A DNA stretch of 64,000 nucleotides from the human T2T-CHM13v2.0 reference genome, Homo sapiens, in the NCBI RefSeq assembly GCF_009914755.1, contig NC_060935.1. The stretch is one strand, 5' to 3'. Below are positions 16,765 through 31,429 of this stretch, piece after piece (the first letter of the stretch is position 1; each line of letters starts with the position of its first letter). The translations under genes were made by a program, and so were the position numbers. The notes below the pieces were generated by a model. That model was given only the letters and a program-made list of their open reading frames with translations. It had not been told where the DNA came from and searched no databases.

Positions 16765-17237
16765 CAGTGGTTTTCAAAGTACCGTTTCTAGGTCAGCTGC
16801 ATTGACAGGGAACCTGTTAAAAATGTATATTCTTGGGCCCGTAAACCTTGGGAATAGGGCTCAGAATCTAGTGGGTCTATTTTTTTTTTTTTTTTTGAGA
16901 CAGGGTCTCGCTTTGTTGCCCACACTGGAGTGCAATGGCGTGATCTCAGTTCATTGCAACCACCACCTCCTGGGTTCAAGTGATCCTCCCATTTCAGCCT
17001 CTTGAGTAGCTGGGGCTATAGGTGCATGCCACCAAGCCTGGTTAATTTCTTTGCAAAGGCAGGGTTTTGCCACGTTCCTCAGGCTTGTCTCCATCCAACT
17101 CCTGGACTCAAGCAATCCACACCTCAGCCTCCCAAAGTGCTGGGATTAAAGCTGAGAGCCACCGCACCCAGCCCCAGAATCTGTGATTTAATAAGTCCTT
17201 CAGGTGAATCAGATGCATGCTGATTTTGAGAACTATT
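16765..17237. mobile_element. MER5-like hAT element interrupted by an Alu (16880-17173, minus)
   Basis: cagtggttttcaaa ... tttgagaactat termini; nested Alu with cagaatct flanking repeat. Confidence 0.75.
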
Positions 17238-17399
17238 TCCCATGGCTTTCAGTTGGAACCTCTGAAGGGCCTTAGCCTAGGAATATAAGCAAACAAAAAC
17301 TAGACCAGATCACATGAAAACTGGGCTTGTGCTTCAAAGTCAGTTTATTCCCAGATTAAATGAAGGTGGTCTGTGCCTGCTGTATCAGAAGCAAAAGTA

Positions 17400-19330
17400 A
17401 ATCCTCCCCAATTATTCCTAGAACGTTCTCATATGCAATACCCCACATATGATCAAAAAATGAACGGGCATACCAAGACAAAGAACTAAGTGTCCAAACT
17501 AAGATTTTAAAAAATAGATAAGCAGGACTCACAAATGTTTAAGATACTGGAATTTTTAAGTACATACATTAAATAACTTTGCATGCTATATTTTTAAAGA
17601 CAATGTTAAGATAGAGAATTTTAGGAGAGAAATGGAATCAAAATAGTCAAAAGAAAATATGCTTTCGAAAATATAAGCTTTATATTATAGATTGGCTTAA
17701 ATTGTAGATGGTTTTAACAACAGAATAGACATAGCAGATAAAATTGTTGAATTGTGAAAAGGTTAGCAAAACATGGACTGAAATATAAGAAAAAAAGTAT
17801 ACAGAAAAGACCATAAGAGACATGTTGGACAGAATAAAAAGGTATAACATACTTGTAATTGGAGTTTCCAGAAGGAGAGGAGAAAATAGTGGGGCAAAAG
17901 TAATATTTGAAGAAATAGTTGCTGAGAAATTTTCAAAGTGATGAAAGATACCAAAACATAGATAGATTCAAGCAGCTCACTGAACCCCAAACCTCAGGAT
18001 AAATTAAAGAAAACTACACCTAGGCTCATTATAGTACAATTGCTAAAAATCAAAGACAAAGAAAAGTATCCTAAAATCTGGAAAAGAACACATAACCTTC
18101 AAAGGAGCAAAAATAAGACTAACAGCTGACTTCACAACAGAAATGACCAAATACTATGAAATGACATCTTCAAAACACTGAAAGAAATAATTGTCAACCT
18201 AGCAACAGAGCAAAAATATCCCTCCAAGATTGAAAAAGATGTTATGATACCAAGAAAATCTGAAATAATCTGTTGCCAGGAGATATTCACTAAGAGTAAA
18301 ACTAAAGGAGAGTCTTGAACAGAAGAAACAACTCCACGGATAAATCCAGGAAAGGATAAAGAGCAAGGGAAAGGCAAATATGTGGTTAAATCTAAATTAA
18401 TAGACCGTATAAAACAATAACGGTAATGTCTTATGGGACTTAAAAATATATACAATTAAAACATGACCAAAAATAGCACAAAGGATGAGAGAATGGGTAA
18501 ATGGAGTTAAAATGTTCTTGGTTCCTTCCACTGTTCTGAAAGTGGCAAAAGTTCTAATTTATATTACAGTTTGAATTCAAGGGTGCATATTATAATCTCT
18601 ACAGGAACTAATAAAGAAAAATGAAAATAAACTATGACTGACATATTAAGAGAGAGAAAAAATGGAATAATAATCCCAAAGGAGGCAATTACGAAAATAA
18701 GAAAACAGGACAAATAGTAAGATACTAGATTTGGACCCAAATACATCAATATTTATATTAAGTGCAAATGGACTAGATAATCCAATTAAGAGACAAATAT
18801 TTTAAGACTGGAAAAACATCAAAACTATTGCTTATAAAAATATATCTGAACTATAAGAATTTTAAAAGGCTGAAAATCAAAAGATAGAAACAAACTTCTA
18901 ATCAAAAGGAAGCTAATAGAGCTATATAAATACAGGCAAAGTAGATTTTAAGGCAATAAGCATTACTAGAGATAAAAAGGGAATTTCAAAATGATAAAAT
19001 GGTTAATTCATCAAGAAAATATAACAATTACAGTTGTATGTATATGTAATAAGACAATCTCAAATATAGTGAATCAAAAATAATAAAACTAAAAGGAGAA
19101 AAAGACAAATTCACAATTGTAACTCTCCTAGTAATTCACAGTACACACAGACATAAAACCCATGAGGATATAAAAGATTTCAGGAACTAGTTTTGACTTA
19201 ATTGATAAATATAGAACATTACATCCTTTAATCATTGAATACACTTTGGTCTCAAGTAACACATGGAACATTTATCAAAATTCAGCCAAATATTAGGCTA
19301 AAAGTCAGTATCAAATTTCAAAGGACTGAA
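17400..19330 (+). mobile_element. Degenerate ancient L1M (ORF1 to ORF2-endonuclease region)
   Basis: A-rich strand bias and L1-like remnants (taattggagtttccagaagga, acacctaggctcattatagt, aatggactagataatccaattaa); no intact frame. Confidence 0.75.
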
Positions 19331-19546
19331 TTATTTAAAAGACCTTCCTGAAGTCTCTGAAACATTTGTGTTAAATGATTTAAACATGTTCCCAATAACC
19401 TTTTTTACCTTTCTTTTTTTTCCTCTAGTTTAAAATTCTCCCAAACTACAGATCTGTACTCTGAATTAAATGCAATTAAGCTTTTTCCTATACACTAGGT
19501 ACCACATCAACCAACCAAATAAACAAACAAAAAATTCCGGACTCAC

Positions 19547-19717
19547 CTTCCGCTTCAGAGGGTACCATCTCAATTGTTTATTCTGTTTGTTATCCCAGTC
19601 CCATGTTTCCAAATCAAGTTCCACCTCCCCTAGGAAACTATTGCGCTTAAATGTATCCCGATGCCAAATGGACAGGTTCAATTTCTGTGTCTTTAAGATT
19701 TGTTTTTCAATTTTATA
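19547..19717 (-). CDS. SYTL2: SYTL2 exon, C2A ([23 protein letters not shown]...WYPLKRK)
   Basis: cttcag| acceptor, AAG|gtgagt donor; 171 nt. Confidence 0.96.
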
Positions 19718-21468
19718 CTGAAGTTCAAAGAAGAAAATTAAATGATGAAAAACATTACTTGATGCCAAAGTTATAACACAGAGATGAAGAGAAATTCATC
19801 TGTATATAGCAAATTTTCTTATCTGTTAGGTTTCGAGTCCCAAAAATATTGCAAAGTCATCTTATTCTAAGCATCTTGTTTCAAAGAGCTAAAATCCATC
19901 TTTCATAAAAGCTGATTTGCTTCCCCACTCTGGAAAAGCAAACCAAGGTTCAGATATCATAGTTGGTAATAGCTCTCTAACAATAAAAGCCAGTTTTTCA
20001 ATTTTCGCTGAATATTTTTAGACTAGATGTAATACAAAATTGAGTCTAAAATACAAATCAAATGTAACCGAATTCTCTGTTTTCTACTTAAGAACAAGGT
20101 CTTTTTTAAAATAGTCTTTTTAGAGCAGTTTTCGGTTTACAGCAAAACTGAGCAGAAAGAACAGAGTTCCCATATGCCATGTATGCTGCCACATACACAC
20201 ACCTCCCCCACTATCAACATCCCACACAGATGAGGTATTTAAAATAAATAAATAAATAAACTTGTCTTTTCCTGCTGCATATGGCCAAGTAGAAAAGGTC
20301 TGGCATCCTAACAGTTTTTCATCTCAAATGTAGTCAATCTTTAATTACATATAATCATGGAAAGGACAATAGTACTTCTAATCTAAAAATAATTTCCATT
20401 TGGCTTCATGATGTACTACTTGAATGTCCACTGTGGTTGTAGTAAGTCTGCCTTTCTCTGAGCTTAACATTTAAATTATCTGGCTTTTCCTGAGTATAGG
20501 GTTGAAGTAGCTGACCCAGAAATAGCCAGGGTACTAGGGTATATCATAGTCAAACTGTAATTAAAAACTTGGTACAAAAATTCTACAGGTGGTTAATTCA
20601 GACCATGGATGACTGAGTGTTGATTTAACTGCTTATTTTTCCAGAGGATGATCAAATACTTGGACAGAGTTTTCAGAAAGAGGGAATGAACAACACTTAT
20701 TTTTAGTTTTAAATGATCTGTTAGTCATGACTAAGGCAGCATGATGTAGTTTTGGGAAGAAAAAGAATATGAGCCAAGTATACTTTCTATTCATCTGTCC
20801 ATTTATCTTTCCAGTAAACATATTTTGAATACCTATCCCAGATTAAGGATCAAGATTTATTAAATGCTTAATGTGTGTTGATCTTTCACACAAATTAACT
20901 AATTTACTGTTCTCCACTGCTAAGGTAGGTAGGTAAGTACTATTATTATCTTCCTTTTGCAAATCTGAAAACTAGCATTAACCCGACTTGGCAGATCTGA
21001 GGTGCCCAAAGACACACAGTTTACAAACAACACCAAGTTGGTCCCTACCCTCATGGAACTTACAATTTAGTGGCAAGGAAGACAATAAAACCACTAGTTA
21101 AACTGCTGTTAACATATCCTGCTATAAAGCAAGATTACTGAGGCAGCAGACAGCAGGAGAACTTAGGGGTTAAGCACAGCCCCTCATAAGAGGAGGTATT
21201 TAAGACAGTACAGGAGGCAGTTAGGGAAATAATGTGTGGAAGAATATTCCAGCCTGAAGGAACAGAAATTCACAGAATTGTGAGAAAATGTACTTCCTTA
21301 AAATAATGAAAAGAATTCAGGGTGACTGGAACAAAGACTATGAGAGAGGAAAGTTGAGGCTGGAGTTCAGGTTGTGAAGGGACTGGTGTGCATGTTAAGA
21401 AAGATGGCTTTGACCCTAAGGGTTATAGAAAGCAGAAAAATAGCATAATCAGAATTGTGCTTTTATAA

Positions 21469-21849
<381 letters not shown>

Positions 21850-22119
21850 TAAGTTACTTCATTTCTCCAAGTTTCATTTGCCTCATCTGTGAGATGCAGA
21901 TACCAATACCAGCCTGGCAGTTTATATATGGGGAGTGAATGAAATAACGTATACAACATTCAGGTTGTTTTGTCTCAAACAAAACAGTCTCAGAACATTT
22001 GTATTCCCTTCCTTCTCCTCTCTTGGTGACTGACTTTATCCTGTAGAGCTACTACCCAAAGAAGACATGGTAAACAGGTCACCATCTAGGATTTTCCTAT
22101 AGAGAGAGTTCATAGATAC

Positions 22120-22222
22120 CCGCAGTATTTCGTTATACACAGGATTCAAGGTTTTCTTCACTACGAGTGTTTTCTTCTTGCCCATTTTGCCTTTGTCTGG
22201 TAGCAAATAGGCCTTTACATAT
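22120..22222 (-). CDS. SYTL2: SYTL2 exon, C2A ([34 protein letters not shown])
   Basis: ttttcag| acceptor, CGG|gtatct donor; 103 nt; polybasic C2 strand. Confidence 0.96.
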
Positions 22223-22514
22223 CTGAAAAGGAGAATTGAACAAAGTCAAAGAAAATAAAAGTTATGTTTCCACCTCTAGTTTTTTAAATACATTGAAAAC
22301 TGACAGCAGAAATAATTATTTCATGACACTGAGAAAAGCAGTGAATAACAAATTTTCCTACCAATACCTTTATACTTAAATGTGTAAAGGGTTTTAGTGG
22401 AATTGATCATTTTATATTGTTTTGAAGATTTTTAACGGGCATTTCCTGCATTCCTTTTTTCCTTTGGCCTTAACTAATATGCAGGGGTGGAAAGGGGCAG
22501 AAAACACACTTCCA

Positions 22515-22863
22515 GGCCAGGCACGGTGGCTCACACCTGTAATCCCAGCACTCTGGGAGGCCAAGGTGAGCAGATCACCTGAGGTCGGGAGTTCAAGACC
22601 AGCCTGACCAACATGGAAAAACCCCATGAGCCAGGCTGGTCTCAAAAAAAAAAAAAAAAAAAAACCACACACACACACACACACACACACAGAGCTACAA
22701 AGTTAGCTGGGTGTGGTGATGCATGCCTGTAATTCCAGCTAGTCAGGAGGCTGAGGCAGGAGAATCGCTTGAACCCGGGAGGCGAAGGTTGCTGTGAGCT
22801 GAGATCGTGCCAGCCTGGGCAACAACAGTGAAACTCCATCTCAAAAAAAAAAAAGAAAAAAAG
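22515..22863 (+). mobile_element. Alu (AluS-type) with internal A-run/(CA)n
   Basis: TSD agaaaacacactt; middle linker replaced by an A-run plus CA microsatellite. Confidence 0.93.
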
Positions 22864-23523
22864 AAAACACACTTTCAGCATAGAGCTTAAATCTGTTTGT
22901 TCCCCTAGTTTGTTCCCCTCTGAGAAAACGCTTTGGTGCTTGCAGTATTTTTAAGTTTTTGTTACCGTCTTTTGAAATAAATTAATCTTAGTAAATACCT
23001 AGTCAAGTTATCTTCAATGTTAAAAAAATAAAGGATGTTGAGCTCAGTTGTTTTTATAATAAGAATAAAAGAAAAAAGGATTGCACTTGTCTCAGCAAAA
23101 TAATTAAGAATCAGACTTCTGTATAGGGATAAGTAGGGAATACCATTCAGCGTTTGCAAAAAAAGAAAAAAAACTGAAGTGCAATTAAACCTGTGATTTA
23201 AAACAATAATTTTAGTAATTTCCCCTAAAGTTCTGTAAGATATAATTTAAATATGAAAATTCTCTCATTCTAGAGTCTTAACTATTTTTATACCACTGAG
23301 CTTTATGAAGTGCGTCCCATGTATCCCTAATTTTGTAAAAAGTTTGAGAGTGTGGTGGAAAGAGATGGGTTCAGGTCCTCATTCCTCATTTTGCTTCTAT
23401 CTGAATTCACATATATGGGTTACTTGTCTTCTCTGGTCCTTGCGTTCTTATCTGTAAAATGAAGGAACTGAACAAGATGACCCCAAAGGTTCTTTCCAAG
23501 TTGAAACATTTTGTGCTTCTCTG

Positions 23524-23525
<2 letters not shown>

Positions 23526-23555
<30 letters not shown>

Positions 23556-23829
23556 GAGATGGAGTCTCACTCTGTCGCCCAGGCTGGAGTGCAGTGGCCC
23601 GATCTCAGCTCACTGCAAGCTCCGCCTCCTCGCCATTCTCCTGCCTCAGCCTCCCGAGTAGCTGGGACTACAGGCGCCCGCCACCACGCCCAGCTAATTT
23701 TTTGTATTTTTAGTAGAGATGGGGTTTCACCATGTTAGCCAGGATGGTCTCGATCTCCTGACCTTGTGATCCGCCCGCCTCGGCCTCCCAAAGTGCTGGG
23801 ATTACAGGCGTGAGCCACCGTGCCCGGCC
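23526..23829 (-). mobile_element. Alu (AluY-type)
   Basis: Long poly-T, CpG-rich; TSD ttctctgtgattttt. Confidence 0.95.
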
Positions 23830-24022
23830 TTTCTCTGTGATTTTTATAATTTAATGTTTGACATATGAATTTATAGAATAAAACAGCATTTCCCCCCAAC
23901 TTTTCAAACATTCCTCTTAACACATACCCTCCCTCCTCTTGATTACTTTATTTCCTTCCAATTCCTGTAAGATTGACAGTTGGAGAACTAAGAGAAGGTA
24001 GGTGACTCTAAAATGTACTTAC

Positions 24023-24192
24023 GGGTCTGAACGCTGTTTTTTTACATCCGCTGCTGCTAAGTCCTTACACTGGGCCACAAAAACATGCAACTCCTTCAGT
24101 GACTCCACATATTCAATTGCAAACTGAATATTTCCTTTAACTTCCAGATTGCCAAAGTCTCCACTATAAACACTCATCACACTGCCACTCAC
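24023..24192 (-). CDS. SYTL2: SYTL2 exon, C2A start ([24 protein letters not shown]...QRSDP)
   Basis: ctttcag|GTGAGT acceptor, CCC|gtaagt donor; 170 nt. Confidence 0.96.
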
Positions 24193-24339
24193 CTGAAAGC
24201 ATCAGAAATACATAGTGTTTGTCTCTATCTCATTCTTAAACCTAGCACAAGGATCATGGATATAATCCCTGCTGGCATTATTTCTTTAGCTTGCTTATAA
24301 AAGCAGTTAATTCAATATAGCATAAAGACATATCTATAA

Positions 24340-24690
<351 letters not shown>

Positions 24691-25804
24691 TAATTTTCCC
24701 TATAAGACATAGATGAAAAGTGAAATGCAATGTTATTTAGATGCTGGCTCATTTCAAAGCAGGGTGATTTTATGCTAGGTGGCATTCAAAGGCATCCATT
24801 TTCAGGCATGCTTAATATTTAAAATCCAAAAGAAAGAAGATGTGAGAAAACCCAGACACTCTAATCATAGTGACACACTGCTGTATCGAATTTCCAAGGC
24901 ACTAAAAAGGAATTTTACCATGTTACCCATCCACTGAATCTAGAAAAATGCTTACTGAGCCATGCGCTTTTAGAGGTCAGGAAGGGTAGAAAATGGATGA
25001 TTGATGAAGGGAGTTTAAAACCTTCCCAAAGGCAGATGTTGGATTTTTATCAGCAGAAACTCAATTTAAATAGGTTTTTAAAAAAGGTTTCAGAAACACA
25101 AGGCTAGCAAGAATTTAAGCACAGTTTTATCATTTCTTCAGCATACTTGGGTGAATATATGTATGTGTATGCACATCTGATACTCAGATAAGTGTATGTG
25201 GATATATTTACATATATTTTTACATACATACTACATGCACATACAACTTCACCTTATGCAAGAAGTTCTATGTAAAGTCAAATTAGTTAGATTCCCTTAA
25301 ATCAAATCTGAGTAACTACACTTAAGGATATTTCCTTTTAAAATGCTGCTCAGATGCCTTCTAAAAGGCAAGGAATTACCTCTCATATTCTTTCATGTCA
25401 ACCAGTATATTGATTGCTCAGGATTACTAAAAGAGAGGTTCAATTCTATGCCTGCAAATCATATATAAAAGCATATCTGATACAAGCAGATTTTATCATA
25501 GTTACCCCATTTGTTGCACAGAAAAATTTAGTGGTTCATCTTCTTGGCAATTTAAGTTTATTTGTGAAGTACTTACATCAACAACAACAAAAAACCCCAC
25601 AAAGATTTGTTTATGATGGATATGAACCCCGTTAGTCTAAAAAAAAAAAGATAGATGTAGCTAGCCAGAAGCTAATTATGGATTAGAGAAACTGTTTGTG
25701 CCCTGAGAAATACAGGAGGAGGCTGTTTTACAATGAGCATGAGCATGTCAGAGCAAGGTTCAGAGACGCGGAGAGATATTAATATGGAGCCTTTGTTTAC
25801 ATAC

Positions 25805-25924
25805 AGAAGACAAGGACGTCATGCCAGAGGAGCTGCTAAGATTGGTTAAAGAGCTCGGGCTCTTCTTGTGTCTGCTGAGCTGGTAACTGCTTTCTGATGC
25901 TGTATCTGTTTCTCTGTCATCACT
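25805..25924 (-). CDS. SYTL2: SYTL2 120-nt symmetric cassette exon ([40 protein letters not shown])
   Basis: ttttgtag| acceptor, TCT|gtatgt donor; 40 codons, phase 0-0. Confidence 0.92.
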
Positions 25925-27381
25925 CTACAAAACAGCATATAATATGCACAATATTTAAATTCAGAATGAGTCAAGATCAGAATCTCTGTTTAGGCAAAGA
26001 TGAGATTTTGGTATTCCACTGACATTTACGCAAGGTCAAAGGATGCTAGTGCTAATTGCCAGGGTATGGGATTCAGGAGGGAGTGGGTGGTCTGCCTTGA
26101 CCTCACCTAAGGAGGAAGGCAGTGCTTAGCTACCAAAATAACGAAGTGATTTCTTTTCACCTACAAAGTAGTCTTTCCCAAAGTGCTGCAGAAGACAGCA
26201 CTATTGTGAGCTTTCTTGCCAGTCTTTTAATATTATATATTTATTTGCCTGGGGAACTCTATTGGTATATATGAGAAATTAACTTTACCCAGATAATAAA
26301 AAGATTTACTGTTAAAACCAAAACATCATGTTTAATTCCTCTTATTAGCACAGCCCCTAACTTCTCTAAAAATCAAATCTTTTACTTGACACACTATTAA
26401 ACTAGGAAAAAAGAAATGCTAGTCTCATCTGTTTCAACTCAAGGCCATATATATATATTTTTTAATGTTTAAAATTTTTAAACTTCCCCTTACATATTCC
26501 TGTGTTATTATGCTTATCTTTTTGTTCCTAGAGTTAAGTATATTAAATTATACATTCTACCCACATTAGATTTTAACACATTTTTTAAAAAGAAGTAAAA
26601 TACAGGTATTTATTTTAAATATGTCCGAGGAAGTATTTACCTGGGACAAGAAAGAAAAGTGACAGTAACAAATTTTGTTATATTTGAATCTAAAGTTTAT
26701 TAAATAGTAGCTTTAAAAATTTATGATTCAGAGTGAGCTCCTTTTAGGGTTAGAGAGCTTATGGAACAGTTCAGTGGCACCAGGGGTTAAGGGACACCTT
26801 TATGGAGTAGTTAGTTCATGCCAGCATATTCCAGGACCATGCAATTATTCATCAATATAATGGATGCCAATTGTAATGCAGATTAATAAAGGAGTTAAAG
26901 GAAAGCAAAATTAATGCTTTACGTGGATAAGAATCCTTTCTCAAGGATTAAAAAAATTCATATCTTTTAAATGTCTCTGTTGTCACACTCTCTCCCCACA
27001 TGCTGATAGTCATTTCCCTCTATTTTAGCGCCTACTGCATTCTACCTAGTATATCAGATCATTAGTGAATTATTGGAAGGATAGGACTCTGCCTTGTTGA
27101 TCTGGAATGGTGTTTTACATGTAACTGGCACTCAACAAATGTGACTGATGATAAGTCTCAAAGGGAACAGATGAGCAAGGCCTGATTGCATTTCCACTTT
27201 CTTTAATACCTAGTTCAACCCTATACCCCATGCAAAATGATAGAGCTTAATTCTGGCATCTCTGATACACAAACCCAGATGATTTGAACTCTCTTCTGTG
27301 TGGAGCTATGAGACAGCAGGTTAAAACTGAAGGAAGGAGAAAAATTAAAAACCAGGAACTTATATAATTTGCCTCGAAAAT

Positions 27382-27710
<329 letters not shown>

Positions 27711-28019
27711 TCATATTATTATATGGTTGAACTGCATGGCATGCCTACTGTTGGCTTCTAGCTAATGAATTACTTCCAAAGAATGAGTGATTCTTTCCAA
27801 AGGAAACTGTAACATGTGCTCTTAACCATAGGCAAGGGCTGAATATTTGCAGATACAGTTCATCAAAGGCCCAAGAATGGACAAAAGGATGCCCAGGCCA
27901 GTGACAGAATATAATTTATGTGTTGCCCAGAGCTTTCCTCAACATTCCATCTACTAAGAGAATTCTTGATAATGAAGCCTTTTATTTCACCGTTAGAAAT
28001 CAGACCAAAACTACAAACA

Positions 28020-28720
28020 GTAGCAGCTAACATTTACCAGGTACTCATTATATGCCAAGCACTGTGCTATGTGTTTTCCCTGCATTATCCTACCGATACC
28101 CCACAACCTCACGTGGTAGGTGCAAGGAAACCAGACTCAGAGAAGGTACTGAATGTGTCCATGATCACACAGAAAATTAGTATCATAACCAGGACTAGGG
28201 ATATCTGGCTCCAAAGCTTAGGCTCCTAACTACCTGACTGCAAGAACATGGAATCTTAATTAAGTCAAAGGACCTGAGTTAAAGTCCTAGATCTACTCTT
28301 CAGTAGCTATTGGATTTGGGGAAAGTTATTTAACCTCTCTGCGGCTCTTTCTTCATTTGTAAAATGAAGAAAATAGTCCTTACCACATATAGTTAGTAAG
28401 AGTGAGATGACAGAATGAGTATTAGGTACCTGGCACATATTAGGTACTCAATGAATAGTAAATTATAGTCATGTGCTTTCTTAAGACCGTACAGTATATA
28501 GTATAGTCATTAACAGCAGGCAACTTGGATCTGTGCTCCAGTCCTGGTTGAACCCCCTTCTAGCTGAGTGAGGTTAATCTCCCTTAGTCTCAGTTTCCTC
28601 ACCTGTAATGTGTGGGGATAATGATGGTGCCTGCCTCCTAGGGTTGTTGAAGGATTAAATGATATATGTAAAGTGCCTGGCACCCAGTAAATACTCCTTA
28701 AAGCTTGATGTGTCATTGTT
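28020..28720. mobile_element. Cluster of about three MIR fragments
   Basis: MIR core motifs (aagttatttaacctctctg, ctcagtttcctcacctgtaa, gtaaagtgcctggcac). Confidence 0.7.
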
Positions 28721-29104
28721 ACTTTATTAACAAACACTTTCAAACTAGTCATGCTGCCTAAATTAAGTTTTCACAAATCAAGTCTACTCCAAACTACAGA
28801 GGAATAATCAGTTCATATACCTTCCTGGATTTCTTATTTTGTACTAACTTTGAAACAAAAGTCACATTCCCAAATCTATGCAATTTGACTTCACTAACCA
28901 AAAGGAGTTACTGTTTGAGTCAAATGAGATGTGCCTTTCCCTGTTCCAGGATGAACAACACTACTTCTATTGACTTGAAAGGCAAGGGCCAGTCCTTCTG
29001 ACCTCTTTGATCTCTGCCACAGTGGAATACAAACACACCAACCTTGGCATAGCAATTCCAACCCTCTGTCTCCATTTTTCTGAAGGTACAAAAGACAAAC
29101 TTGC

Positions 29105-29199
29105 CTCATCTTGGAGAAATGCTGGAACAGACTTGCTCATCCTTTTGAGTTTGTCAGGGTGAGAAAATGGATTATCAGGTTGTGTAGGCACTGTGGAAA
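29105..29199 (-). CDS. SYTL2: SYTL2 exon ([31 protein letters not shown])
   Basis: gtttag| acceptor (alternative at 29190); non-canonical GAG|gcaagt donor; 95 nt keeps frame. Confidence 0.93.
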
Positions 29200-31384
29200 C
29201 TAAACAGCAGCATTTCCATTTCAAAATTATTCTTACAATTGTCAGAAAACATTAGACATTAAGTTGAAAACATACTTTTATTTAATCTATGAACAAACAT
29301 GTTTTTGTAAAAAAGTTAAAGGCAGAGTAGTCCACATGCACAGGATCATGAGATTAGCAACATGCAGTTTTTATAAATTATATAGAGAGAGAACTAGCAA
29401 GGAGTTGAACCAAATACAAAACAAAGTTAATTTTAAAAACATTAGTTTTTATTGAACTGGAGCTGCACTTGAATCAAATTATACTGTCAGTGTGAATTGG
29501 TTTAGCTTATTTTTTCACAACAGAGCTTCAGACCACAAAGTCTGTACTTTATTGGTTCATCTCCTTGAGATATATCACTAACACACTGCAGGCTGAAAAA
29601 CTATTTCATCTGGACAGTCAAGATTTTTGTACACAACTCAATAATAAAACTGTTCTGGTTGTTGAGTGTCTTAGAGTAGGTTTGTTTAGTGAGCATGAGG
29701 ATTACTTTTCTGATAGTGTTTTACACTCAGAATTATAAAATAAACATTATTTTTTGAAAATATAAATTATTTAGATACCTCACTGATTCAGAATTTTCAA
29801 TATCCCAAGGCAAAGTTAGAATGGTTAAAGTTAGGGTACTCTAAGAATTTAATAAGAAAATGTAGCATATGTCTTCTTTCTGATATAGAAAGTATATGTG
29901 TAGAAGGTACAAGAAGAGGATAAATTATAATCCTAATTTGCATACACCTAGTTAGAAAACTATTTTCTTCTTTTTCTAAGAATCACAACATCTAAGCTTT
30001 TCTTATGGTGAATCACAGCTCTTATAATGAATAAGTTAATATTTTCCAAGGCACTTAGTGCCTAGCACAGAGTAAGCTCTATATAAGTATTTTCTAATCT
30101 AATAAATATCATATGATAAAGAATCTTAAATTATATTGTGAATGAAACAGATACATTGACTTTATCATTATAAGAGATATTAAGAAAATAGGTAAAAATC
30201 AAATTATATTTATATACATAACACAAAAGACTCAAATTCATGCTTAAACATTAAATTCATCTTTAAAGAAATCTAATGAAGGAAAAACTAAAAATTTAGC
30301 TACACGTACTAAAGATATCCTTGCTCACATAACAATTTTCACCTATCCTTAGGCTCCCATAGGTAAATGCACATCAGAATGCATTTATGGTGTCTCACTA
30401 AAATGACACCTACTTTAATCACTTCCCATGAAACAACAATGTGTGTGTATTAGGGAGAGTTATACTGGTAGCAGTGTAAGATTAGGTCCCACAATATGGT
30501 CCAATGAGAATGCAAAAACTTTTTTGTTATAACATTGCACCCTACTATTTTCAAAGTATATTGTTGGATGATGCTATGAAGGTCAAATTCAATTATACCC
30601 ACTACTCAAATGTAATCAATTTTAGATTTATGGGCTTTCATCATTTGTGTTTGGATCATGTATTTGATTTTTGTGGTAAGAATATACTCTTTACCAGTGA
30701 AAAGGCACTAACAGTCATTTTGGAAAATATCACAAAAAAGGGACAAATTAATTTACCCAGAGTTCAGCACAGGAGTAGTCTATGTGCCTTGACCAATAAA
30801 CTAAGCCAATTAGGAGATCATGAATAAAGATACAGATATTTAGGCATATATGTCTATGTGTGTTTTGCTTTTACTCCACAGACTAAATTTTGAACAAAAC
30901 ATAGCAAGATATTATAAGATGCTCAAAATTAAATATGTCCTAGTTCAAAAGTAACTGGAAAAGCCCCTTTACCTAACACCCCTTAGGGGCAGAAGGCTTG
31001 TTTCATCTGCAGTAGTCAGACAGAGAGCACATACTCACAAGAGCTGAAGCCTGGACTCTCTTCTTTCCTAGGCAGTTCTTAAGAATTTGTCAAGTCATAT
31101 GCCAAAGTTCAGCACCTTCACTGCTGGCAGGAGGACCTCATAAGCAAAGTTTCAGGTTTCCCACTACATGTCACTGACTTTTAGCCATCAGCACATTGGT
31201 TTTCTATCTAATGGCTCCTCCGTTTAGCTGCTTTCCTCATTAAGCCCTATTAGCATATCCAAAGACTGTTGGGAAATTATTATTTAAAACATTGTGGCCC
31301 TGAGGGTAGACATGTGTATCATTATCTTCATACCCCCAGTGCCTAGGGTTTATGAAACAGAGTGAAACCAAGAAGCTAAAAAAT

Positions 31385-31387
<3 letters not shown>

Positions 31388-31426
<39 letters not shown>
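31388..31426. repeat. (CA)n microsatellite
   Basis: About 19 CA units. Confidence 0.97.
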
Positions 31427-31429
<3 letters not shown>

